Source: Cytophagaceae bacterium
GTDB lineage: Bacteria; Bacteroidota; Bacteroidia; Cytophagales; Cytophagaceae
NCBI GenBank assembly: GCA_019746425.1
Contig: JAIERY010000185.1
Location: 1-41,590, forward strand
DNA length: 41,590 nt
Reading direction: 5' to 3'
Below the pieces are notes generated by a model. The model had not been told where the DNA came from and did no database searches. It saw only the letters and a program-made list of their open reading frames with translations. Both the position numbers and the translations under genes were made by a program. Numbering within the stretch: the stretch's first letter is position 1; each line of letters begins with the position of its first letter. Shown here in pieces: positions 28,052 to 36,859 of this stretch.

Positions 28052-29572
28052 TTAATGTTTAAAATGTCTGATGCCGGTGAATACCATAGACATATTGTTT
28101 TTATCACAGTAGTCTATGGAATCCTGATCTTTAATAGATCCTCCTGGTTGTATTACGGCTTTAATTCCTGCATGGTTGGCTATTTCCACACAATCGGGAA
28201 AGGGGAAGAATGCGTCGGAAGCCATTACGGCTCCTTTAAGGTCAAATCCAAAGCTTTTTGCTTTTTCAATGGCCTGCTTCAGGGCATCTACACGCGAGGT
28301 CTGGCCAACGCCGCTGGATATCAACTGACCTTCTTTTGCAAAGACAATAGTGTTTGATTTAGTGTGCTTTACTATTTTATTCGCAAACAGGAGCGCTTTT
28401 TTTTCCAGTTCAGTGGGGGCAGATTTGGTTACGGTCTTAAGGTCTTCGAGAGTTTCTGTTTTAAGGTCTTTGTCCTGTTCTATTACTCCATTCAGCAGTG
28501 TTTTGAACTGCTTATTGGAAAGCTTTACAGGGTTTCGTTTTAAGATGATCCTGTTCTTTTTGGTTTTCAGCAATTCCACACTGTCTGCATCAAACTCAGG
28601 AGCAATGATTACTTCAAAAAATAATTTATTCAATTCTTCTGCGGTAGCTTTGTCCACCTTTGCATTGGTGATGATCACTCCTCCGAATGCTGAAACCGGA
28701 TCGGCTTCCAGCGCTTTCAGATAAGCTTCTTTTCCTGTTTTTGCGCAGGCTACTCCACAGGCATTGTTGTGTTTCAGAATGGCATAGGTAGTTTCTTTAA
28801 ATTCATCAATTAAAGCCACAGCGGCATCTATGTCCAGTAAATTATTATAAGATAATTCTTTTCCATTCAGCTTCTCAAACATTTTATCTAAGTCACCATG
28901 GAATACGCCAGTCTGGTGAGGGTTCTCTCCATAGCGTAAGGTCTGGGAATGCTGTATACTTTGCTTAAATTTATTAGGATCATTTCCTCTGAAGTAATTG
29001 AATATTGCTGAGTCATAGTGAGAAGAAGTATCGAATGCCAGTCCGGCAAACATTTTTCTGTCGCTCAGATCTGTACTGCCACCTTTCTCTTTGAGAATGT
29101 TTTCAAGTATTCCATACTGATCTCTGGATGAAATGATGACAACACTATTGAAATTTTTTGCCGCAGCCCTGATCAGGGAAATTCCTCCTATATCAATTTT
29201 TTCAATGATCGCCTGCTCGGAAGCTCCTGAAGCCAGTGTTTCTTCAAAGGGATAAAGATCCACTATCACCAGGTCTATCTCCGGGATTTCATATTCTGCA
29301 ATCTGACCTATATCCTCTTTTAATTCCCTTCTGAAAAGTATGCCACCGAAAATTTTTGGATGCAATGTTTTTACCCTTCCTCCAAGTATAGAAGGATACC
29401 CTGTCAGAGATTCAACAGATGAAACTTTCACTCCCTGCTCTTCTATAAACTGCTGCGTTCCTCCGGTAGAATATAGCTTTACTCCATGCTTATCCAGCAG
29501 TTTTACCAGTGTATCGAGGTGGTCTTTGTAATAGACTGAGATTAAGGCAGATTTTATTTTTTTGCGTTCCAT
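28052..29572 (-). CDS. purH: Bifunctional AICAR transformylase / IMP cyclohydrolase
   Basis: 506 aa. ALISVYYKD, STGGT, GGRVKTLHPKI, C-terminal FTGIRHFKH. Confidence 0.95.
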   Translation of the reverse strand: MERKKIKSALISVYYKDHLDTLVKLLDKHGVKLYSTGGTQQFIEEQGVKVSSVESLTGYPSILGGRVKTLHPKIFGGILFRRELKEDIGQIAEYEIPEIDLVIVDLYPFEETLASGASEQAIIEKIDIGGISLIRAAAKNFNSVVIISSRDQYGILENILKEKGGSTDLSDRKMFAGLAFDTSSHYDSAIFNYFRGNDPNKFKQSIQHSQTLRYGENPHQTGVFHGDLDKMFEKLNGKELSYNNLLDIDAAVALIDEFKETTYAILKHNNACGVACAKTGKEAYLKALEADPVSAFGGVIITNAKVDKATAEELNKLFFEVIIAPEFDADSVELLKTKKNRIILKRNPVKLSNKQFKTLLNGVIEQDKDLKTETLEDLKTVTKSAPTELEKKALLFANKIVKHTKSNTIVFAKEGQLISSGVGQTSRVDALKQAIEKAKSFGFDLKGAVMASDAFFPFPDCVEIANHAGIKAVIQPGGSIKDQDSIDYCDKNNMSMVFTGIRHFKH

Positions 29573-29665
29573 TGATTTAAAAAATTAGGATGTAAAAGTA
29601 GGTATTTTTGAGGAGTCCCGGCAAATGACCGGACGGATTGTGGATATATTTTTAGTGGGCAAATG

Positions 29666-29713
29666 GCAGTTGGCAATACGCAAATAGTAGGACAGGTTTT
29701 CTTGCCAATTGCC
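29666..29713 (-). terminator. Hairpin overlapping the purN stop codon (GGCAGTTGGCAA-word family)
   Basis: GGCAGTTGGCAA (29666-29677) pairs with TTGCCAATTGCC (29702-29713), 1 mismatch. The same 12-mer word occurs at 2012-2023. Confidence 0.45.
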
Positions 29714-30294
29714 TACTGCCAATTGCCTGTTTTTTTTATAAACTCTTCAATAACCCTTGGGAAGTGCTCATGTTCCAGCGTCTGTACTTTTTGGGCTACC
29801 ATATCTGCGGTATCTCCGGGATCTACACAGCACCTGGCCTGAAAAATGATTTTACCTTCATCGTATTTCTCATTGACCATATGTATTGAAATTCCGGTTT
29901 CTTTTTCTCCTGCAGCTACTACTGCTTCGTGAACAAATTTCCCATACATTCCTTTTCCTCCGTAAGCAGGTAGTAAGGCCGGGTGAATATTGATGATGCG
30001 GCCGGGAAAAGCTTTGATTAAGTTCTGGGGAATAAGCCATAAAAAACCTGCCAGTATAATCCAGTCTGTCTTTAATTGTGTCAGCTCATTGACTATTTCA
30101 TCGGAATCACAAAAGCTTTTTCTGTCAAAGACCCGGGTAGGTATTCCGAAGTTTTTTGCTCTTTCCAGTGCATAGGCATTTTTATTATTGGAAAGTAAAA
30201 CGTTGATGCTGATATCAGGTGATGATTTAAAATATTCCATTATTTTCTGGGCGTTGGAACCAGAACCGGAAGCTAAAATAGCAATATTGGTCAT
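29713..30294 (-). CDS. purN: Phosphoribosylglycinamide formyltransferase
   Basis: MTNIAILASGSGSNAQ..., IINIHPALLP, HMV(N)EKYDEG. The ORF track extends to 30321, but Met10 (30294) matches the usual PurN N-terminus. Confidence 0.88.
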   Translation of the reverse strand: MTNIAILASGSGSNAQKIMEYFKSSPDISINVLLSNNKNAYALERAKNFGIPTRVFDRKSFCDSDEIVNELTQLKTDWIILAGFLWLIPQNLIKAFPGRIINIHPALLPAYGGKGMYGKFVHEAVVAAGEKETGISIHMVNEKYDEGKIIFQARCCVDPGDTADMVAQKVQTLEHEHFPRVIEEFIKKTGNWQ

Positions 30295-30334
30295 TGCAGA
30301 TAAAGGTAAAATGAGAAGCAAATATACGGGAAGA

Positions 30335-31204
30335 TCAAATAAATACCATGCTTACTACACCTCCCACCATAATGAACTTACATATCCTGCTTAAAACCCT
30401 GAAATCTTTACTGTTGTCGGCCTTGGTAAGCCTGATAATAAGAAATATCACAGGTAGCAATATGAGGGCAGAGAAATAGTAAACCATTTCTTTTCTGAAA
30501 TCTTTTCCCAGTAAAAGCAGAATTATCAAAAAGAGAACCAGCAGCATGTATAAAAATATTTTGGTTTTTCTTATACCGTATACCAGTGGAAGTGTCCTGC
30601 AACCAAAAGCGCTGTCCCCTTTTACATCCTCCATGTCCTTGATGATTTCCCTTATTAATGAAATGAAGAAGGCAAAGACAGCAAAATTGATAATCAGCAA
30701 TTCATTTTTTTTATAATATAAGGCAATGATAAGAATGGATAGTGATGTCAGCGCCGATACAATAATGTTTCCCACTAATGGCAATCTTTTAAGTGAGTTG
30801 GAATAGAGCCATAAAAAATATGCTGCCAGGAAATTGACTGCGGCTATTTTCCATGACACGATTAAACCGATAAGGATCCCTGTAAAATTTAATACGGTGT
30901 GGCCGAATATAGCTATTCTTCTCGTCAATAATTTTCCTACTACTACGCGTTTAGGTTTATTGATCATATCAATTTTAATATCATAATAATCATTAATGAT
31001 ATAACCTGCGGCAGCGATCATGCCGGTAGAAAGAACGATCAGGAAAAGATTGATATCGGTGATAATGCTTTTCCAGTTTTCTTTTGGTCCGGCTAAGAAT
31101 ATGGCTGCGAAATATTGAGTAAGAACAAGTATGACGAGGTTACCAAAGCGGATAAGCTTCAGGAATGCGCTTAGAGAAGATTTAAGATGTAACTTCCTGG
31201 CCAT
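30335..31204 (-). CDS. UbiA-family aromatic/polyprenyl prenyltransferase
   Basis: 289 aa, about 8 TM segments. NDYYDIKIDMINKP (NDxxDxxxD) and a second Asp-rich region IIKDMEDVKGD. Confidence 0.8.
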   Translation of the reverse strand: MARKLHLKSSLSAFLKLIRFGNLVILVLTQYFAAIFLAGPKENWKSIITDINLFLIVLSTGMIAAAGYIINDYYDIKIDMINKPKRVVVGKLLTRRIAIFGHTVLNFTGILIGLIVSWKIAAVNFLAAYFLWLYSNSLKRLPLVGNIIVSALTSLSILIIALYYKKNELLIINFAVFAFFISLIREIIKDMEDVKGDSAFGCRTLPLVYGIRKTKIFLYMLLVLFLIILLLLGKDFRKEMVYYFSALILLPVIFLIIRLTKADNSKDFRVLSRICKFIMVGGVVSMVFI

Positions 31205-31241
31205 AGCAAAAAAATAGATTCGGGAGATAAGTTAGGAATTT

Positions 31242-31296
31242 AAAAAGCTGAAAGCAAAAGGCTTAAAGCTTTTAGCTCTTCGCCTTCAGCTTTTTT
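31242..31296 (-). terminator. Intrinsic terminator after the beta-lactamase gene
   Basis: On the minus strand: TAA-AAAAGCTGAAGGC...GCTTTCAGCTTTTT. An 11-bp outer stem (1 mismatch) plus inner pairing, followed by a T-run. Confidence 0.7.
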
Positions 31297-32191
31297 ACAG
31301 CAACAATTTTAATCTTCGAAGAATTTGTTTGGTAATTTCAATACGGGCAGCGGGGAAATTTTCATTGTTCTCCTCGGTATTCTGCAGGCATGTAGCGAAA
31401 AAATACACTTTGCCATTGGTCTCGAGATATCCTACGAACCAGCCTATGTCCTGGTAGTTTTCATATCCCCAGCCGGTTTTGCCCCGGAGCGTATAAGTGT
31501 CTGTCTGCTCCCTGATCATTATTCTTTTCACGATCTCCATATTTTTTTTAGAGAAAGGGAGCTGGTTCAGGTATAGTTTTTTCAGAAAATTCAGTTGTTG
31601 TTCGGGAGTAATGCGTAGCCCTCCGGTAAGCCAGAAATGATCTATGCCTCCGGTGGTATCCATATTCCCATATTGTGCTTTATTAAGCCAATACTTCATC
31701 TTTTTTCCTCCAACACGCCGTGCAACCTCCTGGTAGAACCAGACTGTTGAATTGGAAAAAGCTGTTTTCATATCCTGATCTTTGTTCCAGGCAGGCACCC
31801 ATCTTTCAATGCTATCCCATTTGATTACTGTGTTTTCATCTTTCAATACTTTTGTCTCTAATGCTATCAATGAATTCAGAATTTTAAAAGTAGAGGCAGG
31901 AGAATAATATTTCCTGAATTCATAATCATCATAGAGTGTCACGGTATTTGTGTCGAGCTGAATCATGGAGAAAGAACCTTCTACATGATACTCTTCAAAG
32001 AGATCGTCTAAGCCGGAAAGGTATTGGACGGTGTCCTGGGAGAAGGATGTAATCGATATTAAAAGAAAGGAAAATAAAAATGCAGCTTTTCTTAGTTGCT
32101 GAAGCCAGAAGTTAGAGGTTAGAAGTTGGATCGCATATATCCAGCTTCTAACCTCTAACTTCCGACTTCCAATCAATTTAAAATTCATCAT
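31295..32191 (-). CDS. Class D (OXA-like) beta-lactamase; start codon uncertain
   Basis: STFK (PASTFKILNSL), SxV (STVWFYQEVA), YGN (AQYGNMD), W..GGLRITPEQQLNFL, KTG (GKTGWG). The signal-peptide-like LRKAAFLFSFLLISITSFSQ is preceded by about 32 residues that are encoded by a strong hairpin. Confidence 0.8.
   Translation of the reverse strand: MMNFKLIGSRKLEVRSWIYAIQLLTSNFWLQQLRKAAFLFSFLLISITSFSQDTVQYLSGLDDLFEEYHVEGSFSMIQLDTNTVTLYDDYEFRKYYSPASTFKILNSLIALETKVLKDENTVIKWDSIERWVPAWNKDQDMKTAFSNSTVWFYQEVARRVGGKKMKYWLNKAQYGNMDTTGGIDHFWLTGGLRITPEQQLNFLKKLYLNQLPFSKKNMEIVKRIMIREQTDTYTLRGKTGWGYENYQDIGWFVGYLETNGKVYFFATCLQNTEENNENFPAARIEITKQILRRLKLLL
32101..32167 (-). repeat. Long hairpin (GAAGTTAGAGGTTAGAAG word) downstream of kdsC and inside the annotated 5' end of the beta-lactamase ORF
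   Basis: Minus strand: GAAGTCGGAAGTTAGAGGTTAGAAGCTGGAT-ATATGCG-ATCCAACTTCTAACCTCTAACTTCTGGCTTC. A 24-bp core with one C.A mismatch, plus 7 further pairs including G.U. Confidence 0.85.
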
Positions 32192-32209
32192 TCAACACTT
32201 AAAATTATA

Positions 32210-32710
32210 TTACCATTTCTCAACCGTCCACTTTCCCTGCGCTCTCATCACTTTTTCGATCACATCTCTCACCGCGCCCCTGCCGCCCGGGAAGGGAGAA
32301 ATATATTTACATATGACTTTAATATCCTGTACTGCATCAGCCGGACAAGTAGGCAGTCCTACCAGCTTTAGCATTTTATAATCGGGAATATCATCGCCCA
32401 TATAAAGTACCTGATCTTTATTGATGTTCTTATCTTTAGTGTAATTATTATACAGCTCAAGCTTGTCTTTTACTCCCAGAAAAATATCTCTTATTCCCAG
32501 GAAGGTTAACCTGTTTTTTACTCCTTCTTCAAATCCACCTGATATGATAATGACATTGTATCCGTTTTGTATAGCTTTCTCAATAGCATATCCGTCCTTA
32601 ATAAAAAATGTTCTGGAGTGCTCACCATCTTTAAATGATTGGACACTGCCGTCGGTGAGTACGCCATCGACGTCGAATATGAAAGTGTTTATATTTGAAA
32701 ATCCCAGCAT
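32210..32710 (-). CDS. kdsC: 3-deoxy-D-manno-octulosonate 8-phosphate phosphatase (HAD IIIA)
   Basis: 166 aa. FIFDVDGVLTDG, GDDIPDY, typical KdsC length. Confidence 0.85.
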   Translation of the reverse strand: MLGFSNINTFIFDVDGVLTDGSVQSFKDGEHSRTFFIKDGYAIEKAIQNGYNVIIISGGFEEGVKNRLTFLGIRDIFLGVKDKLELYNNYTKDKNINKDQVLYMGDDIPDYKMLKLVGLPTCPADAVQDIKVICKYISPFPGGRGAVRDVIEKVMRAQGKWTVEKW

Positions 32711-32765
32711 GAGAAGATTAAAGTTAAAAAGTAAAAATCATTTTCTAATATCTAAAGTCTAATAT

Positions 32766-33551
32766 CTAATTTCTATCCTTTGCCATTTTTAAAATACTTT
32801 CCGAAAGCATGCGGTAAATTTCTTTTTTATCAAGGTCTTCTTTTAAGTAGCTAAGGTGTTCCTGCAGGGTTTTTACATCCTGCCGTATTGCTGGTCCGGT
32901 TTGCATTTCTGCAGGATCGTTATCCAGCGCTTTGTTGATCGTCTCGCTTATTAAAGGATCGAGGATCTGAAAATTAATTTCCTCGTTGTCGCATATCTCT
33001 TTGGATATAGCCATCAGGTGATTGGTAAAATTGCAGGCGAAAACTGCTGCGACGTGCAACACCTTTCTTTTTTCGGAATTAAAATAATAAATATGCTTAG
33101 TGATGCTTTTTGCAAGATTTGTTAAAATCTTTTTAGTGTCGTCATTAGATGCTTCAATGCAAAGCGGTATGGTGTCGAAAGAAATTTTTCTTTGTTTGGA
33201 GAAGGTCTGCAGGGGATAAAAAACTCCTTTATGAAAAAATAACAGGTCAAGTACATCAATAGGCCTGGTCCCGGAAGTATGGGCGATTATGGCATCATCC
33301 GGAATTCTCAAATCAGTGAGTACAGATTCCAGCGCATCATCGGATACGGCTACTAAAAAAATATCCGCTTCGCTCTCTGTAAAATCCAGGTCGTCGGTAG
33401 GGAAGGCATCATACAGTTTAGCGCAGAGTTTTTTAGCATGATCAATATTACGCGAATATACTTCCTGAATGGAATGACCGGCATCTTCCAGGGCCTGCGA
33501 TAGGTGCCAGGCAACGTTACCTGAGCCGATGATGGTTATTTTATATGACAC
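32766..33551 (-). CDS. Rossmann-like / DUF2520 domain protein (putative NAD(P)-dependent oxidoreductase)
   Basis: 261 aa. KITIIGSGNVAWHLSQAL N-terminal dinucleotide fold; C-terminal GPAIRQD motif seen in DUF2520 proteins. Confidence 0.68.
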   Translation of the reverse strand: MSYKITIIGSGNVAWHLSQALEDAGHSIQEVYSRNIDHAKKLCAKLYDAFPTDDLDFTESEADIFLVAVSDDALESVLTDLRIPDDAIIAHTSGTRPIDVLDLLFFHKGVFYPLQTFSKQRKISFDTIPLCIEASNDDTKKILTNLAKSITKHIYYFNSEKRKVLHVAAVFACNFTNHLMAISKEICDNEEINFQILDPLISETINKALDNDPAEMQTGPAIRQDVKTLQEHLSYLKEDLDKKEIYRMLSESILKMAKDRN

Positions 33552-33565
33552 TTAAATAATTTTAA

Positions 33566-33670
33566 ATTCTCAATTCTCAATTTTAAATTAAAATCAAGGA
33601 TATTGAATATATAAAGACAATTTAATTGAGAATTCCCGCAAGGGATAAATAAAATTCAAAATTGAGAATT
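33566..33670 (-). repeat. Composite AT-rich inverted repeats (AATTGAGAAT word) with a central CCC-GCAA-GGG mini-hairpin, downstream of ccmF
   Basis: ATTCTCAATTCTCAATTTTA (33566-33585) is complementary to TAATTGAGAAT (33623-33633) and AAAATTGAGAAT (33658-33669). CCCGCAAGGG lies at 33635-33644. Confidence 0.5.
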
Positions 33671-36221
33671 ATTCAACTCCCTTATCCCTCATTTTTACAA
33701 ACTCACTATATCTTCTCGCAATGGCGATGAATAAACCTAAGACTAAAAGCAAGGTGCCTATCCAAAGCACATTGATCATAGGTTTTTCTATCGCTTTGAG
33801 AATGATCCAGTCTCTGTCGGATGCGCTTACCTGAAAGACAAATTTATCTTCCGCCGGATTATCGGGAGATGGATTGATATAAAAGAAAACAATTCTCATT
33901 CCCAGGTCTTCAATTACATAAGGAACTCCCCAGACATTTTCTTTATCCTGAACGATGATGGAAGGTTCCGCTTTGTAAGTATCATATTTCCCCAACACTC
34001 TTAATTGCGCTTTCGCTACCAGAATTTTCTGGTCTTTTTGTATTCCCGGGAAACTGGTGTCTTTTTTAATTCCATCCAGTATAACAATATGATCATTGAA
34101 GAACATTGTATCTTTTATTTTCCCGGTATGTTCTTCAGGCGGCGACCATTGTCTTTCTTCTTCCAGCTTAGGAATAGAAGAAATATGTGTGTAAAGATCT
34201 TTTCCTAAAAATCGCTGTATGTCGGGTGAGACCACAAAGCCCATTTGCTTATTGATCTGAACTCTCGGGTAAAGGGTGAATATTTCTCCGGCTTCATTTT
34301 CAAACTCTACTCTGTAATAATGATTTTCCGGAATCAGATTCACAGTATCTCCTTTTGCAAAGTAGAGCTTGCCTTTGTGTGAAATATTTTCCATGGCAAT
34401 TGCCTGCGTGAGATTTTCAAGCTGCAGGATTTTTTCTTTGGGAACATAACCTGGAAAATTTTTAGCTTCTACATATACGCCTTGATATTTTAAAGCGAAA
34501 GTCCCCATTTTTACAGGTTCTCCGCGCTCCAGTCTTACATTGTCCTGGCTTTCTTTTACATCTTCAAAGTATCTTACACCGGATTGATTCAGAGAAACTA
34601 TTTTGGAATATCCGGACGAAAATAAAATTCCTATCAGCATCAGGGCGATTCCCATATGAGCAATGCTGCCGCCGGAAAGTTTATAATTTCCTTTGATAAC
34701 GCTCAGGAATATGATAAAGTTTGCTGTCGCAGAAAATATGGAAGCAGTAAGCAGAATTATATAGGAAACTTTGCTGATCTCGCCGAAGTAAATGATAAGA
34801 CTCGAGGCGAGCAGGCTAATGATGAAAGGAATGGCTAAGGTGTTTTTAATTTTTTCCTTATCCATTTTCTGCCACCAGAAATACTGACCTACTCCTGAAA
34901 GTATGGCGATTATTATGGCGAACCAGATCTGCCAATTACTGTAATGTTCTTCCTGATTGGCAGGAGGAGCGATGTTGGTTCCGAAAATTTTATTGTAAAC
35001 AGGAATTGAAGTAGTTGCCAATACTTGTAAAGCGGCAAGGCATAATACAGTTACTCCGATAAAAATCCAGAATTCCCGTGAATATAAACCGGCTTCTTTA
35101 TCTGTGAATGGAATTTCTTTCCATCGTATGATCATTAAAACTACAGACAGTACCGAGAAGGCGAGCAGATAAATTAAAAGTTGTCCGGATAAACCCAGGT
35201 CTGTGAAAGAATGCACAGAAGACGAGCCCAGGATTCCGCTTCGGGTAAGAAAGGTGGAATACAGAATTAAAATGAATGTAAGCACTGTAAGTATAACAGA
35301 TGCAGTTAATGCATTGCCGCTGTTCTTATAAGCGATCATAGTATGAATACTGGCCACTAAAACAAGCCATGGAATATACACTGCATTTTCTACCGGATCC
35401 CAGTTCCAGTATCCGCCGAAATTCAATGTTTCATATGCCCAGTAACCTCCCATTAATATTCCTGTTCCTAATATGAGCGCGGAAAATAAAGCCCATGGTA
35501 GTGCAGGTCTTACCCATTCTTTATATTTTCTTTCCCATAAACCTGCGATACAATAAGCAAATGGAACAAGGGTAGAAGCAAAGCCGAGGAACAGTGTAGG
35601 AGGGTGGATGACCATCCAGTAGTTCTGCAGCAAAGCATTTAAGCCGGAACCATCTTCAGGAATATAATTGGGTTTTAATTTAAATACCGGCAGATCTGCC
35701 ATCTGGTCTTTGAAAAGAATAAAGGGAGAGCTTCCCAGTTTTAATTCTATTGCCGGGATTACCACTCCTATAATCATCGAAGCGAGGAATGCTTGCACCA
35801 GGCAGAATATGGTCATAAGAGGAGCTTCCCATGTCTTGTTTACTTTGATCAATACCAATCCAAGCAATACATGCCAAAAGATCCACAGCAGGAAACTTCC
35901 TTCCTGTCCTTCCCAGAAACAGGAGATCATATAATGAGTCGGGAGATCATTCGAAGAATGATCCCATGCATAATAATATTCGTAGCGATGATTATAAATA
36001 ATAAGGAAAAGAGAAGTAACTACCCCTATTACAGAAGCAGCGTGAAAGTAAAAAGCAACCCTCGCAAATTTTTTCCAGGAAATGGTGTTGGCGTCAAGCT
36101 CTCCTGATTTTTTTCTAAGAGTGGTGTTTTTCCAGTAGGCGTAAGCAGCAAGGATGGAAGATATGAAAGCTGTTATTACAAATAAATGTCCGGCATCACC
36201 GATCTTAAATTCCCAGTTCAT
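33669..36221 (-). CDS. ccmF: Cytochrome c-type biogenesis heme lyase CcmF (long form)
   Basis: 850 aa polytopic. W-rich motif FGGYWNWDPVENA. Long soluble insert (about residues 560-820) before the last TM segment. TAATG overlap with ccmE. Confidence 0.85.
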   Translation of the reverse strand: MNWEFKIGDAGHLFVITAFISSILAAYAYWKNTTLRKKSGELDANTISWKKFARVAFYFHAASVIGVVTSLFLIIYNHRYEYYYAWDHSSNDLPTHYMISCFWEGQEGSFLLWIFWHVLLGLVLIKVNKTWEAPLMTIFCLVQAFLASMIIGVVIPAIELKLGSSPFILFKDQMADLPVFKLKPNYIPEDGSGLNALLQNYWMVIHPPTLFLGFASTLVPFAYCIAGLWERKYKEWVRPALPWALFSALILGTGILMGGYWAYETLNFGGYWNWDPVENAVYIPWLVLVASIHTMIAYKNSGNALTASVILTVLTFILILYSTFLTRSGILGSSSVHSFTDLGLSGQLLIYLLAFSVLSVVLMIIRWKEIPFTDKEAGLYSREFWIFIGVTVLCLAALQVLATTSIPVYNKIFGTNIAPPANQEEHYSNWQIWFAIIIAILSGVGQYFWWQKMDKEKIKNTLAIPFIISLLASSLIIYFGEISKVSYIILLTASIFSATANFIIFLSVIKGNYKLSGGSIAHMGIALMLIGILFSSGYSKIVSLNQSGVRYFEDVKESQDNVRLERGEPVKMGTFALKYQGVYVEAKNFPGYVPKEKILQLENLTQAIAMENISHKGKLYFAKGDTVNLIPENHYYRVEFENEAGEIFTLYPRVQINKQMGFVVSPDIQRFLGKDLYTHISSIPKLEEERQWSPPEEHTGKIKDTMFFNDHIVILDGIKKDTSFPGIQKDQKILVAKAQLRVLGKYDTYKAEPSIIVQDKENVWGVPYVIEDLGMRIVFFYINPSPDNPAEDKFVFQVSASDRDWIILKAIEKPMINVLWIGTLLLVLGLFIAIARRYSEFVKMRDKGVE

Positions 36222-36634
36222 TATAGTGCAGCCTTAGGTTCCTGGTTCTCGTACTTAGAAGGACATTTCATTAAAATATCATCCGCTAAAAAAACATTTT
36301 CTTTTACACTGCCCACAATCACTACCTGTTCTGATTTTTCAAAGTCCTGGGGTTTGATATTAAGATAAACTACTCTTCTTTCTTCGTTGTTGTTGTCGAC
36401 AAGAATGAAAGAAAAAAAGTTTGTGGCTTTCGGATCATATTCCATTCCGATGATATTTCCCTGTGGGTCTTTCTTCAGCTTTCCTACTACATGCACTTTG
36501 TCATCGTCTCCGTCTGCAGCCATCTCATATGCTTCTTTGAAAGAAACATATTTGCTTGCGTCACCGGTAGTAGAAATAATAATTCCTATGGTAACGGCAA
36601 TAATGATCAGCGCTATGATGTGTGAAATTTTCAT
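36221..36634 (-). CDS. ccmE: Cytochrome c maturation heme chaperone CcmE, CxxxY variant
   Basis: 137 aa. N-terminal TM anchor and OB-fold region. C-terminal ...ILMKCPSKYEN, where canonical CcmE has KHDENY. Cys124 codon TGT at 36265-36263; Tyr128 codon at 36253-36251. Confidence 0.85.
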   Translation of the reverse strand: MKISHIIALIIIAVTIGIIISTTGDASKYVSFKEAYEMAADGDDDKVHVVGKLKKDPQGNIIGMEYDPKATNFFSFILVDNNNEERRVVYLNIKPQDFEKSEQVVIVGSVKENVFLADDILMKCPSKYENQEPKAAL

Positions 36635-36858
36635 TTGTTCTTTACTTCACTTTCGAGTTTGTTGATTTTCCTGTCTATGGAAATAAGATAAATCAGTAAC
36701 CCGATTAATACAATCAATACTGTTCCCACTACTACATAAATTTTTCCATTTGATCTCAGCAGATCAGCCATTTCAGTTTGTGTTTCCACAGGAGTTTTCC
36801 CTTGTGAAAAGACAGGTAAGGTAAGCAGGAACAGAAAAATGGTTAATATTCTTTTCAT
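36631..36858 (-). CDS. ccmD: CcmD-like small membrane protein
   Basis: 75 aa with one central TM segment (IYVVVGTVLIVLIGLLIYLI). Lies between ccmC and ccmE with a 4-nt overlap. Confidence 0.6.
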   Translation of the reverse strand: MKRILTIFLFLLTLPVFSQGKTPVETQTEMADLLRSNGKIYVVVGTVLIVLIGLLIYLISIDRKINKLESEVKNK

Positions 36859-36859
36859 G

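Noticed and set aside
29573-29712. Possible ZTP (pfl) or other purine riboswitch upstream of purH
   Set aside because: Only a short GC hairpin (GTCCGG...CCGGGAC) is present. There is no ACUGGCG...CCGCCUGGGC pseudoknot signature.
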